A stretch of DNA of 64,000 nucleotides from a virus: IMG/VR virus record IMGVR_UViG_3300027816_000055, one strand, 5' to 3'. A program made the translations under genes and the position numbers. Shown here piece by piece: positions 58,681 through 64,000 of this stretch (positions are counted from its first letter, which is position 1; each line of letters begins with the position of its first letter). The notes under the pieces were generated by a model. That model searched no databases. It saw only the letters and a program-made list of their open reading frames with translations, and had not been told where the DNA came from.

Positions 58681-59607
58681 TTACATTTTATAAGTATTAG
58701 TTTGTAAAATACCATTATTTATGTAAGATTTGGTAATATTGGTTTGATACTGCTTCATCTTATTAATTACTTTGGTAATTTGTTGGGTTTTACATGAGCT
58801 AATTTCTCTAATGTAAAGATATAACGCTTTCTTATTAAAAGCATCAATTCGATCACTGTTTCGAAACAATTCAATAACAGCATTCGCAATATTTAAATCT
58901 TTTTGTTTGGTAAAAATTTTACCAACATGCTTTTCCCAATAATCAATCATCATTTTCATAAATTCTGACATTTCAGTGTTCTTATAATATGAATCTTCAA
59001 CTTGTAGACATACTGTGGTTTCGCTTGGTGTGTCGCTAATGTCTACATTTTGTTTGAAACGTTTATAATTATTATTATTATGAAAAATTAAATAGTGCTT
59101 CGCAACAATACTAAAATAACCAAATGCCTTGCCTTTGTCTTGTTGATACTTGTTTAAGTTGGCAACCAAGTGTGCAACCGTTTCTTTCTGAATTTCTAAT
59201 GGAGATGTTTCAAAATAAGTAAACTTAAATGTATTAAATATATTTTCTACCAATTTTTCAAAACTATATTTAATACGCTCGTTGTAAATAGTATTTCGTT
59301 TATCAATATCCTCTTCTTGATTGTATTCAATAACTGCGTTTTCTGTATCTTGTGTAAAATACATGATCGGCGGCTTTTTTGCTTTCTTTTCTTTTACTTG
59401 CAATTCTTCTGCCTCTAAAATGATTTCAGGAACCTCAATTTTAATATTGGGTTCCTTGTTAATTTTCATTTTAGACTTATTTGTCTTTTTTATTGTTTTT
59501 CTAGGCGCTGTCTTGATTTTAGAAACTTTGCCTATTTTTTTGACTTTATTTTTTGGTGCTAGTTTTGACTTTTTTTTATTATTACGCTTCTTTATGGTTT
59601 TTATCAT
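58681..59607 (-). CDS. sigma-70 region-2-like protein (candidate late sigma factor) with Lys-rich N-terminal extension
   Basis: YFTQDTENAVIEYN...EKLVENIF...NLNKYQQDKGKAFGYFSIVAKHYLI resembles sigma region 2 (F.p.kG.af.Yf..va.n.l). Confidence 0.55.
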   Translation of the reverse strand: MIKTIKKRNNKKKSKLAPKNKVKKIGKVSKIKTAPRKTIKKTNKSKMKINKEPNIKIEVPEIILEAEELQVKEKKAKKPPIMYFTQDTENAVIEYNQEEDIDKRNTIYNERIKYSFEKLVENIFNTFKFTYFETSPLEIQKETVAHLVANLNKYQQDKGKAFGYFSIVAKHYLIFHNNNNYKRFKQNVDISDTPSETTVCLQVEDSYYKNTEMSEFMKMMIDYWEKHVGKIFTKQKDLNIANAVIELFRNSDRIDAFNKKALYLYIREISSCKTQQITKVINKMKQYQTNITKSYINNGILQTNTYKM

Positions 59608-59867
59608 AATTGAGATTTTAATTTTTCTATCAGCTTAACAATGTTTGAAAAAACAAAGCCAACATCATCGTCTTTTTCAAACATCTGCTTGTCATCAATC
59701 AATTTTAACTTATTGTAAGTAATATTGATTGCATTTTCAATATCAGAAATCCATTGTTCATACTGTTCATTTTTATCAATGCTACGATTCAACATGGCAC
59801 CAAAATAAACGTTTACTCCAATAGATGTTAGTAATAATACACCTAATATAACAATTGTCAATATCAT
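59604..59867 (-). CDS. small membrane-anchored protein
   Basis: N-terminal hydrophobic helix (ILTIVILGVLLLTSIGVNVYF) followed by a helical soluble part. Confidence 0.65.
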   Translation of the reverse strand: MILTIVILGVLLLTSIGVNVYFGAMLNRSIDKNEQYEQWISDIENAINITYNKLKLIDDKQMFEKDDDVGFVFSNIVKLIEKLKSQL

Positions 59868-59881
59868 ATATTTATTTTATT

Positions 59882-60025
59882 TTACTCTTCTTCGTCATCA
59901 TCTTCCGATGATTGTTCACAAAAATCAGAGAGATAATCAATAGCTTCTTCTACCATTGACCAATCTTCTAATTTATATGCCTGTTTTAGTAATTTTTTTA
60001 CTTCTTGAATATCAGATTCTTCCAT
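59882..60025 (-). CDS. 47-aa acidic protein missed by the ORF track
   Basis: MEESDIQEVKKLLKQAYKLEDWSMVEEAIDYLSDFCEQSSEDDDEEE; fills the intergenic gap on the operon strand. Confidence 0.65.
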   Translation of the reverse strand: MEESDIQEVKKLLKQAYKLEDWSMVEEAIDYLSDFCEQSSEDDDEEE

Positions 60026-60084
60026 ATATAGTTTATTCAACTGTTATCTATATATAACCAATTTTCTGAAAAGCAATAAAATAT

Positions 60085-61077
60085 TTAAAAACTGAAAGGA
60101 TATGGCTTTGAACTTGGTTGGGGAGGTGCAACGACCGGTGTAGGTGTAACCGTCAGTTCTTCTGATTTAATAGTACTAGATTCCGGTATAATATTTGATG
60201 CATCAGATTCTGTCTTCGGCACAGTACTATCAGGTACTACCTCATCGGGTTTATTTGGATCAACAATTAATTTTTCTTTAGATTTACTATCGGTAGACTC
60301 ATTTGAAATTGCAGTATTATAAGCCAATAACAAGCATACTGCCAATGGATCAAATACAGAAATTAATGCTACAATAAACCACTTTACTACTTTATTTATA
60401 TTGACGCCCAATTCATCCGCAACGAATTTAAAAGTTTGCACATCTTTTTTAGATCCACTTTCTAATTTTAGATTTGTGATTTGTTGGTCTAATTGCTGCA
60501 ATTCATCAGTTGATTTTTGAATTTTTCCAGTTTCGGTTTCCAAATCTCGGTCACTCTGTTCGATAAGTTCTTGTGTTTGTTGTTGAACTTGTCTTAATTG
60601 AATAGGATTTCTCGCAATTAAAGTGTTTGTCATACTTTGTGACAAACGCAATTCTTGACTATTACGTAGCTGAGTAACATTTAAAATTCTATTTTTTGAA
60701 GTGGAAATTTTTTCTCTAATTAATATTTTTTGTTCTTCAATTAATTGAATTTTTTGTTCAATTAACTGAGTTTCAAGACTGGATTGTTGATATGCACTAC
60801 TAAGATATCCAAAAATTCCTAACGAAGTAATAATCATCAATACAATAACAGATGTTGTTAAATATAATTTTAAAAATGTTTTTGTTTTATTCCAATAGCG
60901 ATATAAAAAACTAGTCGCGACCAATTTACCAAGTTCCAAAGAACTTGCCATAATCATCGCAGCAATTGCAGATCCACTAAACAACATTCCAATACCAACA
61001 ATACTAAAAAATGCCGCACATGATGCGATAAATAAAGAACTGAATCCTAATAAACGCTCAAAATTGATAAATTTCAT
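60085..61077 (-). CDS. multi-pass membrane protein with long coiled coil
   Basis: Three N-terminal hydrophobic helices (LELGKLVATSFL, SLGIFGYLS), a coiled coil, then FIVALISVFDPLAVCLLLA. Confidence 0.7.
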   Translation of the reverse strand: MKFINFERLLGFSSLFIASCAAFFSIVGIGMLFSGSAIAAMIMASSLELGKLVATSFLYRYWNKTKTFLKLYLTTSVIVLMIITSLGIFGYLSSAYQQSSLETQLIEQKIQLIEEQKILIREKISTSKNRILNVTQLRNSQELRLSQSMTNTLIARNPIQLRQVQQQTQELIEQSDRDLETETGKIQKSTDELQQLDQQITNLKLESGSKKDVQTFKFVADELGVNINKVVKWFIVALISVFDPLAVCLLLAYNTAISNESTDSKSKEKLIVDPNKPDEVVPDSTVPKTESDASNIIPESSTIKSEELTVTPTPVVAPPQPSSKPYPFSF

Positions 61078-61116
61078 AAATAATATATATTAAAAATACA
61101 AAATTTATTATTAAAT

Positions 61117-62052
61117 TTATTCTATAGGATTTGGAGGTAACTGATTATCTAATGTATACTCGCTAATGTATTTATCGGCAAATCGAAGACCTGCATATGC
61201 TTCATAATCTGCTACTGTTCTTATATTACCAAATACATTTGTAATTTTATCAGATGTATTCTCCATTCCAAATAAAATTCTATGTTTCTTGGTTGATTTA
61301 GCATCATGTTCCCACCAAGATTGATTTATATTATTTCCACTTTTGACATTATCATCCCAGTGAGTAGGACGATATGTTCTTTTGTATTGATGCCATGCAA
61401 TTAATTTATGCGGATGATATAGATCATATCCATGTGTAAATCCACGAACAGCAATATTTGTTTCTTCGCCATAAAAATAGTAATCGGGATCATGTGGAAC
61501 TAATTTGCAAAAGTTACCATCTGTAAATGCAAAATGAGCACTGTAAAATCGCGCAGGTATAGGTGCTGTTAATTTATCTATATTCAAAATCGGTTCGGGC
61601 ACAAAAAATAATGGACCCTCATCCATAAATTTGTCTAACCGCATCTGCCATACTTCATGTAAATATTCTTCAGTCAACGCATCATAGTTTGGAAGATATG
61701 TGGTTAATAAAGGGAGATCACTTCCCATATTTTTACATTGTTGATACATTTGTAACAACAAACTATCCCATCCTTTTACGAATCTATGATGACTATCCAA
61801 ATGAAGTGTATATTCTTCATTATTATATTTTTGTTGAATTAAATTACGTGCCCAACAAACTCCTTTACTATCAACATAAGGAATATCAATATATTCTATT
61901 AAATGTTTTATAGGGTCAATAGATTCTAAATCATCATGCTGCCATGCCACGACAATACGTAATTGAGTTGGATCATCAGCTTTTTCAACCAAATCCAAAA
62001 CAGTAGGTATTAATTCGGGATCTCTATAACTCGCTATTTGAACAAAAATCAT
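61117..62052 (-). CDS. GT60-like (Pfam GlcNAc-type) polypeptide/Skp1 alpha-GlcNAc transferase homologue
   Basis: IFVQIASYRDPEL, GVCWARN, LHLDSHHRFVKGWD, LLTTYL, SAHFAF, VPHDP..YFYGEE, RGFTHGYDLYHP. Confidence 0.85.
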   Translation of the reverse strand: MIFVQIASYRDPELIPTVLDLVEKADDPTQLRIVVAWQHDDLESIDPIKHLIEYIDIPYVDSKGVCWARNLIQQKYNNEEYTLHLDSHHRFVKGWDSLLLQMYQQCKNMGSDLPLLTTYLPNYDALTEEYLHEVWQMRLDKFMDEGPLFFVPEPILNIDKLTAPIPARFYSAHFAFTDGNFCKLVPHDPDYYFYGEETNIAVRGFTHGYDLYHPHKLIAWHQYKRTYRPTHWDDNVKSGNNINQSWWEHDAKSTKKHRILFGMENTSDKITNVFGNIRTVADYEAYAGLRFADKYISEYTLDNQLPPNPIE

Positions 62053-62384
62053 GGATATAACGACGACGGATACGCAACAACGGCAGATACATCGCCCGGC
62101 AAAGATTCTATTGTAACATCATAAATAACACTGTTAACAGTTACATTGACAACTGTTGCAGCAACAGTTGCATTTGAAACATATGAATTAACAACAGATA
62201 TCATAGCTGTTTTTGCATCGGCAGAAAGCGATGTGCTTGCGTTAATTTGAGAATTTAAATTTGATTTTACAGTTGCTGCATTCCATGAAAAACTGTAATA
62301 TGAAAAAATTCCAGAACCTGCTCCACCTCCTCCACCTCCACCGCTTGAAGCAGTTATAGCATTCCAATATGCAAAACCAATCAT
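62049..62384 (-). CDS. small S/A/V-rich structural protein with poly-Gly linker
   Basis: MIGFAYWNAITASSGGGGGGGAGSG...; follows the fibre gene. Confidence 0.55.
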   Translation of the reverse strand: MIGFAYWNAITASSGGGGGGGAGSGIFSYYSFSWNAATVKSNLNSQINASTSLSADAKTAMISVVNSYVSNATVAATVVNVTVNSVIYDVTIESLPGDVSAVVAYPSSLYP

Positions 62385-62387
62385 ATA

Positions 62388-63698
62388 TTAATACATGTTT
62401 TGCACAGCAGTTGCATATATCACTGTGTTGTTTGGTGCTGTAGATCCACTTGGTCCCAATGTAGATGTGTTCACGGCAATAAATGTGAAAAAATCTGCTC
62501 TGTTTAAAGTACCGGTTGTAATTGCTGGTTGAACACCATTTCTCCACACAATAGGACAGTCATAATATATACTACCACTATAAAGTGCTCCTTTAAACAT
62601 TAAACTTGCGGTTGGAGTAGTTGCTGCTTGATTAACAACTACATTTAATTGTTGACCACGACTCATTGTTATAGATGCAGTTCCGTGGTTATTCAATTGA
62701 AGAAATCTAGTTGCTGCACTGGAAGCATCCAAGTATAGAGTTTCTTGAGCAGTTGCAATTCCATCGTAGTCTGCGCTTTTTAACGTAACTCCACCATTAA
62801 CTATCAACTCATTTCCAATATAAGTTTTTCCACTGCTACTTACACAAAAAGTTGTGTCAAGGCTACTGCTGCCATAACGAACTTCAATAGCTTTTTGTAT
62901 ATGATATGTTTGAGGATTGCTTACACTACTACCACTGTATACGTTAATTAAGAAACGAGTGTCTGTGTTTGCCGTTCCTGAATCTACACCTACATTAAAT
63001 GTACCATCACGGGATATTGACTGTGCTCCTACCAAAGGCCACATATATATTCCATTACCAGCAATACGCATTGCACGAATTGTACCATTACCATCTGGAT
63101 CATTACCTTGTTTACTTATTAATTGATTTGATCCACTGTATGTTATCAAATCAAGCATGCCTCTTGCGCCTCCTGTATTTTCAGTTCCGCATGCCAATGC
63201 CCATGCGTCTGATGCACTATACATGCTTTGCATACTATATCCACAGTTGAATGTACCACGGGCATTAAAAAATGCCTGTCCGTTTTCAATTGCAATATTT
63301 TTATAACTTGAAACGTATCCTAATGATGCTGTGTAATATATACTTGAATCGCCTAACACCGTCGTACCGGTCCATATAGGTAAATAATTTACAGTTCCGT
63401 TACCGGCTATAATTCCCGCACTACCAGATAAATAACTAGCAGTTAACGCATAACTGGCACTAATAGTATTTCTAGAATAACTTGACGTAATTGCATAACT
63501 TGAGCTAATAGAATTATTTGCCCAACTTGAAGTGCCAATTAAAGATCCTGAAAAACTACCAGTAGACAATAGTGTTTGCAATTGTCCGAGTGTAGCACGA
63601 TATGTTAGTAAACTACTACTTCTGTCAATTGGAAAAAAATCTTCCGTTTTTAACAGCGCCGGAAATGTATTTAATTCGCTTATTTTAATAGTTGACAT
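62388..63698 (-). CDS. tail fibre-like protein
   Basis: N-terminal IKISEL...FFPID; SSWANNSISSSYAITSSY..SASYALTASY; GTVNYLPIWTGTTVLGDS; C-terminal W.NG..PAIT....D.FTF. Confidence 0.7.
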   Translation of the reverse strand: MSTIKISELNTFPALLKTEDFFPIDRSSSLLTYRATLGQLQTLLSTGSFSGSLIGTSSWANNSISSSYAITSSYSRNTISASYALTASYLSGSAGIIAGNGTVNYLPIWTGTTVLGDSSIYYTASLGYVSSYKNIAIENGQAFFNARGTFNCGYSMQSMYSASDAWALACGTENTGGARGMLDLITYSGSNQLISKQGNDPDGNGTIRAMRIAGNGIYMWPLVGAQSISRDGTFNVGVDSGTANTDTRFLINVYSGSSVSNPQTYHIQKAIEVRYGSSSLDTTFCVSSSGKTYIGNELIVNGGVTLKSADYDGIATAQETLYLDASSAATRFLQLNNHGTASITMSRGQQLNVVVNQAATTPTASLMFKGALYSGSIYYDCPIVWRNGVQPAITTGTLNRADFFTFIAVNTSTLGPSGSTAPNNTVIYATAVQNMY

Positions 63699-63701
63699 AG
63701 A

Positions 63702-64000
63702 TTATTTCCAAGTTCTAATTTTAATTTTCCATTTTGTAGGATCTAAATTGACGCGACCGCCAGTTTTTGCATGCGCATATACTCCACCGATCCAATTAGC
63801 CCATGATATACCAACTTGAGTTGAATTTGTCCAAACAGTTGTAATTGGACGTTCATCATCGGCTCCTCCTGAATCATCATGTAATTGTTCAACACTAATT
63901 TCATCATTTACCGCATATCCTTGATCAATTACTTGACATATTAAAGTCACACGCACAAGTGAAGGAGTTGCTGCAAATCCATGGTTTACCGCATAATAAA
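63702..64000 (-). CDS. 3' end of a fibre-like gene running in from the right edge
   Basis: The frame stays open to 64000: ...YYAVNHGFAATPSLVRVTLICQ...WKIKIRTWK. Confidence 0.65.
   Translation of the reverse strand, partial: YYAVNHGFAATPSLVRVTLICQVIDQGYAVNDEISVEQLHDDSGGADDERPITTVWTNSTQVGISWANWIGGVYAHAKTGGRVNLDPTKWKIKIRTWK

Noticed and set aside
1-64000. Stop-codon recoding as seen in some large phages
   Set aside because: Long genes are intact in code 11, coding density is near complete, and TAG (e.g. 26658) and TGA both act as stops.
1-64000. CRISPR array, DGR template/variable repeats, introns or inteins
   Set aside because: No spaced direct repeats, no reverse transcriptase, no long non-coding gaps, and PolB, primase and SbcCD show no insertions of intein size.

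Overview
A densely coding, AT-rich 64-kb segment of a large tailed phage with a T4-like contractile tail, read in standard genetic code. It has four blocks. (1) 1-12.2 kb, minus strand: nucleotide-sugar and glycosylation genes (panB, split ThDP/acetolactate-synthase-like enzyme, RmlB-like dehydratase, RfbH/DdhC-like enzyme, a nucleotidyltransferase-HAD-kinase fusion, glycosyltransferases, dUTPase). (2) 12.2-19.6 kb: Cas4-like nuclease, secreted FecR-like protein, family B DNA polymerase, sliding clamp, clamp loader and a nucleoside deoxyribosyltransferase-like protein. (3) 19.6-29.7 kb: a very AT-rich island of glycosyltransferases (GT2, GT4, GT6, GT8, GT9-like, GT25) and SAM methyltransferases, one broken by an A10 tract. 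(4) 29.7-64 kb: putative head-internal proteins, Ser/Thr-rich fibres, a fused SbcD-SbcC, primase, resolvase, baseplate genes (gp6-, gp25-, gp5-like), a sigma-factor-like protein with a lysine-rich tail, and a GT60 protein-O-glycosyltransferase among fibre genes. The main hypotheses are a phage-encoded virion O-glycosylation system, possibly with a branched-chain deoxysugar and a phase-variable methylation step, and a leaderless, largely Shine-Dalgarno-free expression architecture. I saw no tRNA, rRNA, CRISPR array, intron or intein. All family calls come from motif recognition by eye; no database search was run.
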